NCBI GenBank assembly: GCA_017507045.1
Contig: JAFWBP010000016.1
Location: 231-64,230 of the forward strand
Reading direction: 5' to 3'
Length of the DNA stretch: 64,000 nucleotides
DNA from: Clostridia bacterium
Lineage (GTDB): Bacteria > Bacillota > Clostridia > Christensenellales > Borkfalkiaceae
A program made the translations under genes and the position numbers. Shown piece by piece: positions 9,617 through 18,800 of the stretch. Each line of letters begins with the position of its first letter. The stretch's first letter is position 1. The notes beneath the pieces are model-generated. The model ran no database searches and had not been told where the DNA came from. It worked only from the letters and a program-made list of their open reading frames with translations.

Positions 9617-10447
9617 ATGAGCAAAGCAGATCTCATATTTATTGAAAACTGCAAGGAAATTTTAGAGAACGGATTTTGGGATACCGCGCTCGACGTTCGC
9701 CCGCGCTGGGAGGACGGCACGCCCGCGCACACCGTGAAGAAGTTTGCAATCGTAAACCGCTATAATCTTGCCGAGGAATTTCCCATTCAAACGATTCGCC
9801 GCACGGCATTTCGAAGCTGTATCGATGAAATCCTGTGGATCTGGCAGAAAAAGAGCAACAACATTCGTGATCTCAAATCGCACATTTGGGATAGCTGGGC
9901 AGATGAAAGCGGCAGTATCGGCAAGGCGTACGGCTATCAGCTTGGGCAAAAATCCAAGTATAAAGAGGGCGATTTTGATCAAGTTGACCGCGTTTTATAC
10001 GATTTGAAGCACAATCCGGCATCGCGCAGGATCATGACGAACCTTTATAACTTTGCCGATCTCCACGAAATGCATCTCTATCCGTGCGCCTATTCGATGA
10101 CATTCAACGTTTCAGGCGATACCTTGAACGGTATCCTAAACCAGCGCTCGCAGGATATGCTCACGGCAAACAATTGGAACGTTACGCAATATGCGATCTT
10201 GCTCATGATGTTTGCGCAGGTTTCCGGGCTTAAAGTGGGCGAGCTTGTGCACGTAATTGCAGATGCGCACCTCTACGATCGGCATATTCCGATCGTAGAA
10301 GAGATTATAAAGCGTGAACCCAAGGCAGCGCCCAAGCTTGTTATGGATACCTCGATCACGAATTTCTACGATTTTACGGTGGATTCCTTTAAGCTTGAAA
10401 ATTACGAATTCCATCCGCTGGATGCAAAAATTCCCGTTGCCATTTAA
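9617..10447 (+). CDS. thyA: Thymidylate synthase (ThyA type)
   Basis: Contains the LYPCAY catalytic-Cys region, NQRSQDM and DAHLYDRH. AGGAGG RBS. Confidence 0.93.
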   Translation: MSKADLIFIENCKEILENGFWDTALDVRPRWEDGTPAHTVKKFAIVNRYNLAEEFPIQTIRRTAFRSCIDEILWIWQKKSNNIRDLKSHIWDSWADESGSIGKAYGYQLGQKSKYKEGDFDQVDRVLYDLKHNPASRRIMTNLYNFADLHEMHLYPCAYSMTFNVSGDTLNGILNQRSQDMLTANNWNVTQYAILLMMFAQVSGLKVGELVHVIADAHLYDRHIPIVEEIIKREPKAAPKLVMDTSITNFYDFTVDSFKLENYEFHPLDAKIPVAI

Positions 10448-10477
10448 GTAAAAATAAATTAACGTAAGGTGAAAAAT

Positions 10478-10975
10478 ATGCGCGCAATATTCCATGCAGA
10501 TAAAAACTGGGGAATCGGAAAGAACAACGATTTAATGTTCTCTCTTCCCAAGGATATGAAATTCTTCCGCGAAACAACGAAGGGTAAAATCGTTGTAATG
10601 GGGCGCAATACGCTGATTTCTTTCCCTGGCGGTAAGCCCCTTAAAAACCGCATAAACATCGTGCTCTCGCCCTCCGATATCGCTGAGGACGTGATCACCG
10701 TGCACAACCTTGAAGAGCTGTTTGCTGAAGTGAAAAAGTATCCGGAGGAGGATGTGTTCGTGGTGGGTGGAGCGAGCGTTTACCGCACGCTCATTCCTTA
10801 CTGCACGGAGGTTCTCGTTACGAAAGTGGAAGCAGATGGTGGTGCAGAAGTTTTCGTTCCCAATCTCGATGAGGATGAAAATTTCCGCCTTGTTTACGAA
10901 AGTGAGCCTGTGGATGATAACGGCTATCCCATCCGTTTCTGTACCTATAAGAACTTGGCGCCCGCATCTTATTAA
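10478..10975 (+). CDS. folA: Dihydrofolate reductase
   Basis: WGIGKNNDLMFSLPKDMKFFRETTKGKIVVMGRNT...VVGGASVY. Start moved to the ATG at 10478, 7 nt after AAGGTG. Confidence 0.9.
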   Translation: MRAIFHADKNWGIGKNNDLMFSLPKDMKFFRETTKGKIVVMGRNTLISFPGGKPLKNRINIVLSPSDIAEDVITVHNLEELFAEVKKYPEEDVFVVGGASVYRTLIPYCTEVLVTKVEADGGAEVFVPNLDEDENFRLVYESEPVDDNGYPIRFCTYKNLAPASY

Positions 10976-11094
10976 TTGAATGCGAATCTTGTCACATTGA
11001 GCGCAGTTGAAAGGTCACCTTATTGTAATACGGTGGCATTTCTGTTGCGCTCAATATTACTTTTGGGAACTTTTTGAAAGGAACTGCAAAATTG

Positions 11095-11123
11095 TTGTCT
11101 TTTTTGCGAGAATGTATTATAAT
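11095..11123 (+). promoter_or_regulatory. SigmaA-type promoter of typA
   Basis: TTGTCT, a 17-nt spacer, then TATAAT (11118-11123). It lies inside the spurious 5' extension of the track ORF. Confidence 0.6.
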
Positions 11124-11153
11124 CTTCTGTGGATTTTTAAGAGGAATAACATA

Positions 11154-12983
11154 ATGGTTAGAGAAGATTTACGCAACATTGCAATTATTGCGCACGTCGA
11201 TCACGGCAAAACCACGCTCGTTGATCAAATGTTAAAGCAAGGCGGCACCTTCCGTGAAAATCAAGTCGTGGAAGACCGCGTGATGGATAGCGGCGATTTG
11301 GAGCGCGAGCGCGGCATCACGATCCTTGCAAAGAACACCTCCATTCACTACAACGGCGTGAAGATCAATATCATCGATACGCCCGGCCACGCCGATTTCT
11401 CGGGTGAGGTGGAGCGCGTTTTGAAGATGGTATCGGGCGTTCTCATTCTCGTAGACGCCGCGGAAGGCCCCATGCCCCAAACGCGTTTCGTTACGCAAAA
11501 GGCGCTTGAAATGGGCCATAAGCTCATTATCGTCATCAATAAAATAGATCGCCCGGATGCACGCGTGAAAGAGGTCATCGATGAAGTTTTAGAACTTTTA
11601 ATGGATTTGAACGCCTCCGATGAGCAGCTTGAAAGCCCGTTCGTGTTCTGTTCGGGCAGAGATGGCACGTCCTCATTAAATGAAAATGAACCGGGCGCCG
11701 ATCTAATGCCGCTTTTTGATATGATTCTCAATCAGTTTCCGCCCCTTGAAATGGATGAAACCGCACCGCTACAGCTGCTCGTTTCCTCCATTGATTATAA
11801 CGATTACGTGGGCAGAATCGGCATTGGCAGGATCGAACGCGGCGTTCTCAAGCAAGGGCAGGAGGTTATCGTTTGCAATTATAACAACGATAAGCTGCGC
11901 CTTAAGGGAAAAATCGTCAACCTCTATGAGATCGAGGGGCTTGAGCGCGTTGCTTGCGATGTAGCGCAGGCGGGAGATATCGTCTGTTTTTCGGGCTTAG
12001 AAAAGATCAACATCGGCGATACGATCTGCCAAACGGATTGCGTGGAGCCGGCGCCCTTTGTGAAGATCTCCGAACCCACCGTTGAAATGATTTTCTCCGT
12101 AAACGATTCTCCGTTTGCAGGAAAAGAAGGTAAATTCGTAACTACGCGCCATTTGAGAGAGCGGCTCTACCGTGAGCTTTTGCGCGACGTATCCCTTCGG
12201 GTGGAGGATACCGATTCCGCCGATTCCTATCGCGTGAGCGGCAGGGGCGAAATGCATCTCTCCATTCTAATTGAAACGATGCGAAGAGAAGGCTATGAAT
12301 TTCAGGTCAGCTCCCCGAAGGTGCTTTTTAAGGAATTCGACGGCGAAATGTACGAGCCTGTTGAGCGCCTGATCGTGGATGTACCCGAAACGGGAACGGG
12401 CGCTGTTTTCGAAAAAATGGGGCAGCGCAAGGGCGAGCTGTTGCATATGAGCGCAATGGGTTCGCGCATGCGCCTGGAATTTCTCGTTCCCGAGCGCGGA
12501 CTTTTCGGCTATAAGAGCGAATTTTTAACGGATACGAAGGGGGAGGGCGTGATGAGCTCCGTCTTCTTTGAGTACCAGCCGTATAAGGGTGAGATTCAGC
12601 GCCGGCTTACCGGTTCGCTTGTTGCATTTGAAACGGGGGAGGCCGTAACTTACGGGCTCTTCAATGCACAGGGAAGGGGTGCGCTCTTCATTGGCGCAGG
12701 CACGCCCGTTTACGAAGGAATGGTCATCGGCGTTTCCGCAAAGGAGGGGGATATCAACGTAAACGTGTGTAAAACAAAGCACCTCACAAATACGCGTTCC
12801 TCCTCTTCGGATGATGCGCTTCGCCTCATTCCTCCCAAGAAACTTTCACTTGAAGAATCTCTTGAATTCATTGGTGACGATGAGCTGTTGGAAGTGACGC
12901 CGCTTACCATTCGAATTCGTAAGCGTATATTAGATGGCGAACTGCGCGCAAAGGCGCGCGCAAAGGCAAAAGCGGGGCTGTAA
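11154..12983 (+). CDS. typA: Translational GTPase TypA/BipA
   Basis: NIAIIAHVDHGKTTLVD, DTPGHADF and NKID, with EF-G-like domains. AAGAGGAA RBS before the ATG at 11154. The track start at 11007 adds 49 implausible residues. Confidence 0.93.
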   Translation: MVREDLRNIAIIAHVDHGKTTLVDQMLKQGGTFRENQVVEDRVMDSGDLERERGITILAKNTSIHYNGVKINIIDTPGHADFSGEVERVLKMVSGVLILVDAAEGPMPQTRFVTQKALEMGHKLIIVINKIDRPDARVKEVIDEVLELLMDLNASDEQLESPFVFCSGRDGTSSLNENEPGADLMPLFDMILNQFPPLEMDETAPLQLLVSSIDYNDYVGRIGIGRIERGVLKQGQEVIVCNYNNDKLRLKGKIVNLYEIEGLERVACDVAQAGDIVCFSGLEKINIGDTICQTDCVEPAPFVKISEPTVEMIFSVNDSPFAGKEGKFVTTRHLRERLYRELLRDVSLRVEDTDSADSYRVSGRGEMHLSILIETMRREGYEFQVSSPKVLFKEFDGEMYEPVERLIVDVPETGTGAVFEKMGQRKGELLHMSAMGSRMRLEFLVPERGLFGYKSEFLTDTKGEGVMSSVFFEYQPYKGEIQRRLTGSLVAFETGEAVTYGLFNAQGRGALFIGAGTPVYEGMVIGVSAKEGDINVNVCKTKHLTNTRSSSSDDALRLIPPKKLSLEESLEFIGDDELLEVTPLTIRIRKRILDGELRAKARAKAKAGL

Positions 12984-12996
12984 AGTCCCGTTTTTT
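12973..12996 (+). terminator. Intrinsic terminator of typA
   Basis: Stem CGGGGC/GTCCCG overlapping the stop codon, followed by T6. Confidence 0.6.
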
Positions 12997-13109
12997 CATT
13001 TCTGCGAAGTACTATGCATGGCATAATACTGTGTATATTGCTATTAAAAAATAAGGTGTAATTTTTTTCGATTAGGCATATTCCCATTCGGCGAAAAATA
13101 CTTTATTGT

Positions 13110-13361
13110 ATGCAAGAAAATAAACAAAGTACGCTCACGATCGAGCAGCAGAGTAAAATCACTATTTCAGGCGTTTCTTCCGTGGATGCATTTTCCGATA
13201 CGGCTATCTCGCTCACCGTAAACGGAAAACGGGTGCAAATTGCAGGTGTTCACCTAAAAGTGCTTTCCTTTTCAGAGGGAAGCGGAAATTTTTCCGCCAG
13301 TGGGGAAGTCACCTCTGTAAAATTCGGCGCAAAAGGCGGGTTTAAGAAGATATTCAAGTGA
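13110..13361 (+). CDS. yabP: Sporulation protein YabP
   Basis: 83 aa; LTIEQQSKITISGVSSVDAFSDTAISLTVNGKRVQIAGVHLKV fits the YabP pattern, and yabQ follows. Confidence 0.8.
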   Translation: MQENKQSTLTIEQQSKITISGVSSVDAFSDTAISLTVNGKRVQIAGVHLKVLSFSEGSGNFSASGEVTSVKFGAKGGFKKIFK

Positions 13362-13729
13362 GAGAGCAGATTTTTATATTTCTCGTATGCATTCTTTCGG
13401 GCGTTGTGGGAGGCGGGCTTTACGATCTGTTCACAGCCGTTCCAATACGGCTGCGCTGGTTGCGCATTTTGCGTGATATTTTTTTCTGCCTTGTTTACGC
13501 TGCCGCATTTCTCACACTCTCTGTACACCTTGAGTTTCCCAATCTGCGTTTTTACATGTTTCTCGGATTTCTGTGCGGTTTTTTCTTATATTGGAAAAGT
13601 TTGCACAAAATCGTTGCTTTTTTCAAGAAAAAGGTATATAATAGGATGCGAAGAATACGAAAGGATGGGCGAATATGTCGCAAGAGAAATGGCTTACGCC
13701 GGAAGATAGGGCAAAGCGAATCGCAGTAG
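13358..13729 (+). CDS. yabQ: Spore cortex biosynthesis protein YabQ
   Basis: Small 3-4 TM protein. GTGA overlap with the yabP stop; conserved gene order. Confidence 0.7.
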   Translation: MREQIFIFLVCILSGVVGGGLYDLFTAVPIRLRWLRILRDIFFCLVYAAAFLTLSVHLEFPNLRFYMFLGFLCGFFLYWKSLHKIVAFFKKKVYNRMRRIRKDGRICRKRNGLRRKIGQSESQ

Positions 13730-13950
13730 GCGCAACCGTTGCAGGAGTGCTTCTCGTTCTCTTTTTGTTTGTGGTTATAATCATTCAGCTCGTTCAAATC
13801 GGGTACAAAAACGCAGAAATCGCGCGCATTGAAAGTGAAATAGAACGCTTTGAACAGCTGGCCGATCAGCTGGAAAAGGACCGCGATTATTTCGAATCAG
13901 AACTCGGAATGTACCATGAGGCGCTCGAGCAGGGCTGGAAGACGCCTTAA
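13675..13950 (+). CDS. divIC: Septum formation initiator (DivIC/FtsB family)
   Basis: 91 aa with a single TM followed by a coiled coil (EIARIESEIERFEQLADQLEKD). Its position after yabQ matches B. subtilis. Confidence 0.7.
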   Translation: MSQEKWLTPEDRAKRIAVGATVAGVLLVLFLFVVIIIQLVQIGYKNAEIARIESEIERFEQLADQLEKDRDYFESELGMYHEALEQGWKTP

Positions 13951-14813
13951 TGCTTATGAAATCGGCAATTATCGATATCGGATCAAATTCCGTTCGCCTC
14001 ATGCTTTGGGCGGACGGAAAATCTTTATATAAGAAGGTAGAAACCACCCGCCTTGGCGAGGGTATCGCACAAATTCCCATCCTGCGGGAAGAAGCTATTT
14101 CCCGCACAATAGCAGCAATTGCTCAATATGCATTGGAAGCGAATCAAGAAAATGCTCGTATTTTTGCTTTTGCAACGGCTGCTGTGCGTGTTGCGGAAAA
14201 CGGCGCGGAATTTTGCAACCGTGTAAAGCACGCTTGCGGCGTAGAGGTTGAGGTTATTTCCGGCGAAGAGGAAGCAAAACTCGCTTTTTTGGGCGCACTT
14301 TCCGAAGAGGATGGCGGCATCATTGATATTGGCGGCGCCAGCACCGAGATAAGCTATCGAGTAGGGGCGAGAACGGCGTTTTCTATCAGTTTGCCGCTGG
14401 GCGCCGTTCGCCTGTACGATGATTGCGGTGAGGATGAAAATGAGCTTCTTCGTAAGATCTCCCATTCCCTCAGGTCATTAGAAGGCGCACGACCAATGAA
14501 AACGACGTATGCCGTAGGCGGCACGGCTTCCACCTTAGCATGCATAAGGTGCGGACTCACCGTTTATAACGGCGCACAGCTACAAGGCCTTTCCCTTTCT
14601 GCAGAATGGGTGGAAAGGGCGGCAAAAAAGCTACTGAGTATGACAGCACAGGAGCGCCGCACGGTGCCCGGAATGGATATTCGCCGCGTAGATATTATTG
14701 GAGGCGGCGCATTGCTCCTTGCTGAAATTATGAAAAAACTCGGGCTAGCCGAGGTAAAATTTTCCGATCGTGATAATCTTGAAGGTTATTGCGTTCTTAG
14801 GAGGATCGTATGA
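13950..14813 (+). CDS. Ppx/GppA family phosphatase
   Basis: The N-terminus AIIDIGSNSVRLMLW and the GGGA/DIGGAST actin-fold motifs fit the family. TAATG overlap with divIC. Confidence 0.85.
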   Translation: MLMKSAIIDIGSNSVRLMLWADGKSLYKKVETTRLGEGIAQIPILREEAISRTIAAIAQYALEANQENARIFAFATAAVRVAENGAEFCNRVKHACGVEVEVISGEEEAKLAFLGALSEEDGGIIDIGGASTEISYRVGARTAFSISLPLGAVRLYDDCGEDENELLRKISHSLRSLEGARPMKTTYAVGGTASTLACIRCGLTVYNGAQLQGLSLSAEWVERAAKKLLSMTAQERRTVPGMDIRRVDIIGGGALLLAEIMKKLGLAEVKFSDRDNLEGYCVLRRIV

Positions 14814-15730
14814 AGGGACAAGTTAAAAATAATTTTTACGCAGTAACTTCCATTCTATTGATGGTAGTTGCACTCATCTGCAGCTTCTTTATGTGGCAAG
14901 CTGCCGGGGGAAAAGATTGGTATGTGCTACTCATAGCCGTAATCGTGCTGATTCTTTTTCCGCTCAATATTATTCTGCATGAGGCGGGGCACATAATTGC
15001 AGGGCAAATTATGGACATGCAATTCGTTTCCGTACGTATCGGGCATATGCTTGTTTGGCGCGAAGAAGGGAAGCTGAAGTTCAAGGTTTCGCCTGCTCAA
15101 AGTGTTGCAGGTGCGAGCACGTTCTTCCCGAAATCGCCTGAAAATATGCGTCAGCGCATGCTCATCGTCACGCTCGGTGGGGCAATTTGCAATTTTATCT
15201 ACGCACTTCTTCTGTTCATTCTCTATTTTGCTTTGTCGCATCATTCATTGCTAACGTTCTTTGCGATGTTTGCACCTCTTTCCCTCTGCGAAGGAATCGT
15301 TGCACTCATCCCCGTAGTTCTTCCTGCCGGAAAGACGGATGGTGCCGTAGCGTACGGGCTTATTGAAAAAAACGCCGATGAAAGGGTAATGCTTGCCGTG
15401 CTTGCGGCGCAGGGGATCCTTAATACCAAAACGTTTGATGAAGTTCCCGAAAAACTTCTCTTCCGCGCACCTATGGTGAGGGAAGATCTTCCGGCGCGGC
15501 ACGCTCAGCTTCTGCTGCAGGTGCAGTATTTGCTTCACACGCAGAAAGAGGAGGAGGCGAAGAAGGTGCTTGATCGCCTTGGCTCGCTCTACGATTATCT
15601 TTCGGAAGAGGCTATTGAAGAAGCGGAGCACTATCGCACCTACTTTGCAGGTTCCTTCCAGCCGCGAAACACTCCGCTGTACGGCGTGAACGAATTGGAA
15701 ACAGAGCTTGCACAGCGCTTGAAAAAATAA
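14810..15730 (+). CDS. Site-2 protease family (M50-like) membrane metalloprotease with helical-repeat C-terminal domain
   Basis: HEAGH sits in a TM helix, with a second motif LIPVVLPAGKTDGA (NxxPxxxxDG-like). ATGA overlap with ppx. Confidence 0.65.
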   Translation: MKGQVKNNFYAVTSILLMVVALICSFFMWQAAGGKDWYVLLIAVIVLILFPLNIILHEAGHIIAGQIMDMQFVSVRIGHMLVWREEGKLKFKVSPAQSVAGASTFFPKSPENMRQRMLIVTLGGAICNFIYALLLFILYFALSHHSLLTFFAMFAPLSLCEGIVALIPVVLPAGKTDGAVAYGLIEKNADERVMLAVLAAQGILNTKTFDEVPEKLLFRAPMVREDLPARHAQLLLQVQYLLHTQKEEEAKKVLDRLGSLYDYLSEEAIEEAEHYRTYFAGSFQPRNTPLYGVNELETELAQRLKK

Positions 15731-15733
15731 AAA

Positions 15734-15754
15734 ATTCTGCCGTAAAGGCAGAAT
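15734..15754 (+). terminator. Stem-loop after the M50 gene (possible terminator)
   Basis: ATTCTGCC gtaaa GGCAGAAT; the T-run is only distal. Confidence 0.4.
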
Positions 15755-15859
15755 CAAAATTCGTTTTACGCAATAAAAAAGATATCCCCGTAGAAACGGT
15801 GGAGAAAAAAATTTATCAGGCGGTAAGCCGAAAGAAATATGAAATTGTAAACGGCGCGC

Positions 15860-16063
15860 TTAATCGGAAAGACCGAGTAAGTAATCCGAAGTTACGTTAA
15901 AGTAACGTGCAATCTTCGCGATATTGTGTGCCGTAGGGTCGCTTTTGTTCGTTTCCCAATAGCAAACAATACCTAAGCTCACACTCAGATCCTTTGCTAC
16001 AGTCGCTTGTGATAAACCGCGTTCTTTTCTCAATTCAACGAGACGATCTGCAAAAACTTTCAT
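15860..16063 (-). CDS. XRE-family HTH transcriptional regulator
   Basis: 67 aa; LRKERGLSQATVAKDLSVSLGIVCYWETNKSDP...IAKIARYFNVTSDYLLG. Confidence 0.85.
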   Translation of the reverse strand: MKVFADRLVELRKERGLSQATVAKDLSVSLGIVCYWETNKSDPTAHNIAKIARYFNVTSDYLLGLSD

Positions 16064-16200
16064 AACACTATTATAACAAAGTTGCTACCAAAATGCAATA
16101 GTTTATGACAAAATTTTCAAAAATTTCTTGCAAATAACACCAATCTTTGTGTTTATCTTAACAAATAGAGTTTATTCGTTCAAAAAAGGGCTAACTTTTT

Positions 16201-16668
16201 ATGTTACATATCTTATTTGTCTGTCACGGAAACATCTGCCGATCTACGATGGCGGAGAGCGTGCTTTCCGATATGATAGATAAGCGTGGGCTTACGGAAA
16301 AAATCGCCGTCTCCTCGGCGGCAACGCATACCGATGAGATCGGAAGTCCTCCGCACGTTGGCACTCAGAGAAAGCTTCGCCAAATGAATATCCCCGTTGT
16401 TCCGCACAGGGCACGGCTGTTAACGAGGGCGGATGGCGCAAAATACGATTTTATCATTGGAATGGATGAGGCGAATCTGCGCAACATGCGGCGTATTCTC
16501 GGTGAGGAACATTTTCCGAAAATTTCTCTCTTGCTGGATTATACCGCTTCCCCCCGTGCCATTGCGGATCCGTGGTACACGGGAAATTTTGATGAAACCT
16601 TCAATGATATCACTGAGGGGCTTGAAGGCTTTTTGCAATTTTTGAATGAGCAAGGTTTACTTGATTGA
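16201..16668 (+). CDS. Low-molecular-weight protein-tyrosine phosphatase
   Basis: ILFVCHGNICRSTMAE contains the CX5R(S/T) loop; DPWY motif. Confidence 0.9.
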   Translation: MLHILFVCHGNICRSTMAESVLSDMIDKRGLTEKIAVSSAATHTDEIGSPPHVGTQRKLRQMNIPVVPHRARLLTRADGAKYDFIIGMDEANLRNMRRILGEEHFPKISLLLDYTASPRAIADPWYTGNFDETFNDITEGLEGFLQFLNEQGLLD

Positions 16669-16671
16669 TTG

Positions 16672-17928
16672 TTATCTCGTCAGTTCATCGAGAATTTCGA
16701 AATAGTTATCGAAGGTCTTTCTCACGCAGCTTGGATTTTCAATGAAAAGATTACCCGTTTTAAGTCCGATGAGTGCAAACGCCATAGCAACGCGGTGATC
16801 ACCGAACGATTTTACTGTTCCGCCGCGAACGGGTGCCGGTTCGATATAGATTTCATCTTCCGTAGCTGAAGATGGAACGCCCAGCGCCGTAAGATTTTCC
16901 ACGATGGCGTTGATGCGGTCGCACTCCTGCTTGCGGATGTGTGCAATTCCACGGATGCGTGTGGGCGAGCTTGCAAAGGGTGCGAGAGCGGCTACAGTGA
17001 GCGCCTGATCGGAAAATTCTTGCATATTTAAATCAAAGCCACAAAAATTTTCAATGCTGCTGCCATCGGCGAGAATCCCTTCCGGATTGCTTTCGAGCAG
17101 TACGCCTGCATCTTCGAGCAAAGATAGGAAACGGGTATCTCCCTGCAGACTTTTTCTGTGAATATTTTTTACGCAAACCTTCGTGCGCAAAAGAAGAGAG
17201 AGCGCATAAAAGTAGCAAGCGGCGGAAACATCCGATTCTGTGGCATATTCCTTCGGTGCAACTGAAATAGGATTCACGGTAATTTCATTTTCGTTTTGCG
17301 TTACTTTACCGCCGAATGCTTCAATGAGCGCACCCGTCATTGCAATATAGCTTGAACGGCCACCAGGGAAAGAAATCGTTAGCGGGAGGCTACCTACTGC
17401 GGCAGCAAGCATCAATCCGCTCGCATACTGTGTGCTCGATTGCGTATCAATCGAAATTTTCTGCGCAGAGATGCCCGTTGATTGCATGCGGAAGGGGAAA
17501 TGTCCGTGGGCGCCGAGATATTCTATGCGAACGCCATACGCCTCCAACGCTGTGAGCATATCCATGGGGCGACGCTCCATTTGAGGTGAAGCGTAAAGCG
17601 TGTAATCGCCGCCGCGAAGAGCGAGCACCGCGGTAAGGAACCTTGCAGCCGTTCCTGCGCTACCCACGTTCAATGCGGCACAGGAATTTGGTATTTCGCG
17701 TACGCCGTGCACGAGGAGTCCTTCGGGGAGTTCTTCCACTGCGAACCCGAGCGCACGAAGGCAGGAGAGCATATCCCGGGTATCTTCGCCGTAGCGCCCT
17801 GCATGAAGCAGAGTATCGCCTTCGGTGAAGGCGGCAAGAATGAGCGCACGGCTCAAAATGCTCTTCGAAGCAGGAACCGCTACGTTGATCGAATCGGCCG
17901 TAAGTTTTTTTATTTCTTGAAGTTTCAT
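16672..17928 (-). CDS. aroA: 3-phosphoshikimate 1-carboxyvinyltransferase (EPSP synthase)
   Basis: PASKSILSRALILAA, NVGSAGTAARFLTA and DHRVAMAFALIGL. Confidence 0.93.
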   Translation of the reverse strand: MKLQEIKKLTADSINVAVPASKSILSRALILAAFTEGDTLLHAGRYGEDTRDMLSCLRALGFAVEELPEGLLVHGVREIPNSCAALNVGSAGTAARFLTAVLALRGGDYTLYASPQMERRPMDMLTALEAYGVRIEYLGAHGHFPFRMQSTGISAQKISIDTQSSTQYASGLMLAAAVGSLPLTISFPGGRSSYIAMTGALIEAFGGKVTQNENEITVNPISVAPKEYATESDVSAACYFYALSLLLRTKVCVKNIHRKSLQGDTRFLSLLEDAGVLLESNPEGILADGSSIENFCGFDLNMQEFSDQALTVAALAPFASSPTRIRGIAHIRKQECDRINAIVENLTALGVPSSATEDEIYIEPAPVRGGTVKSFGDHRVAMAFALIGLKTGNLFIENPSCVRKTFDNYFEILDELTR

Positions 17929-18003
17929 ATATCAAGTATAACGCTCGTGCAGAGATTTGTCAAGATTTTCAGACTGCGTAAAAGCGCGCATGCGGAGAGG
18001 TGA

Positions 18004-18633
18004 ATGGAATATAACATTGTAAGAACGAAACGTAGAACGATATGTCTTCAAATAAAGCGATCGGGCGAGATCGTTGTGCGTGCGCCGCTCCTTGCTTCAA
18101 AAGAGGAGATTCATTCCTTCGTGCATAGGCACAGCGCGTGGCTCGCACATAGAATAGTTAGGAGAGGGCAGAGGCTAAGAATTGCCGATGGGGAATCCCT
18201 TTCGTTGTGCGGAATCGGCTACACGATTGCCGGCGGCGTGCCGGCACGTGTGGAAGCGAGCGTACTCTTTCTGCCGATAGAGAGGCGTGAGGAAGCGCTT
18301 ATAAAGCCGATGAGGCGGATGGCGCGCACGCGCATGCAACGCCTGCTCGATGAGTTTTGTGCGCGATTCGGTTTTCAATATTCATCGCTAAAGATAACTT
18401 CTGCGCGAGGTCGGTGGGGTTCATGCAGTGCAAAAAAAAGGATCAATTTTTCCTTTCGCACGGCGTTTCTGCCCGATGCGCTTGCTGAATACCTTGCCGT
18501 ACACGAGCTTTGCCACACGCGCCAAATGAATCACGGCACACTTTTTTGGAAAGAGGTGGGGCGCATTCTTCCCGATTTTGCGGCAAGGCGTAAGGCACTT
18601 AAGGATTGGCTCTGGGCAATGGAGTGCCTTTAA
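18004..18633 (+). CDS. YgjP-like M48/DUF45 metal-dependent hydrolase
   Basis: HELCHTRQMNH near the C-terminus and RWGSCS; GAGAGGTGA RBS. Confidence 0.8.
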   Translation: MEYNIVRTKRRTICLQIKRSGEIVVRAPLLASKEEIHSFVHRHSAWLAHRIVRRGQRLRIADGESLSLCGIGYTIAGGVPARVEASVLFLPIERREEALIKPMRRMARTRMQRLLDEFCARFGFQYSSLKITSARGRWGSCSAKKRINFSFRTAFLPDALAEYLAVHELCHTRQMNHGTLFWKEVGRILPDFAARRKALKDWLWAMECL

Positions 18634-18762
18634 CTGCTATTTTTAAGTTTATGCGATGTATTATGTGTTACATAAGCAATATATTATGTCAGGCATAATA
18701 ATTAAAATCGGGTTTTTCGTGCAAAAAACTCATAATAACATCGTAATTTACCCTTGGAATAA

Positions 18763-18791
18763 TTTACAAGATTAAACAGATATATTATAAT
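18763..18791 (+). promoter_or_regulatory. SigmaA-type promoter upstream of the DUF1934-MBL-rho operon
   Basis: TTTACA, a 17-nt spacer, then TATAAT (18786-18791). Confidence 0.6.
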
Positions 18792-18800
18792 AGGTGGCAG

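Noticed and set aside
11007-11153. A longer TypA, as the track ORF starts at 11007.
   Set aside because: The extension contains the promoter (TTGTCT-17-TATAAT) and the RBS. The conserved GTPase N-terminus starts at MVREDLRNIAIIAHVDHGKT (11154).
13017-13034. The TGGCAT inside motif copy A, read as a sigma54 -24 element, and the CATAATA read as a sigmaG/K/E -10.
   Set aside because: The -12 position reads GT rather than the invariant GC. No matching -35 elements lie at the required spacing for sigmaE, F, G or K at any of the copies.
16668-16672. Only 3 nt separate the convergent LMW-PTP and aroA stop codons, with no terminator.
   Set aside because: This is real but unremarkable on its own. 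There is no additional structure to interpret, so it is recorded only as context.
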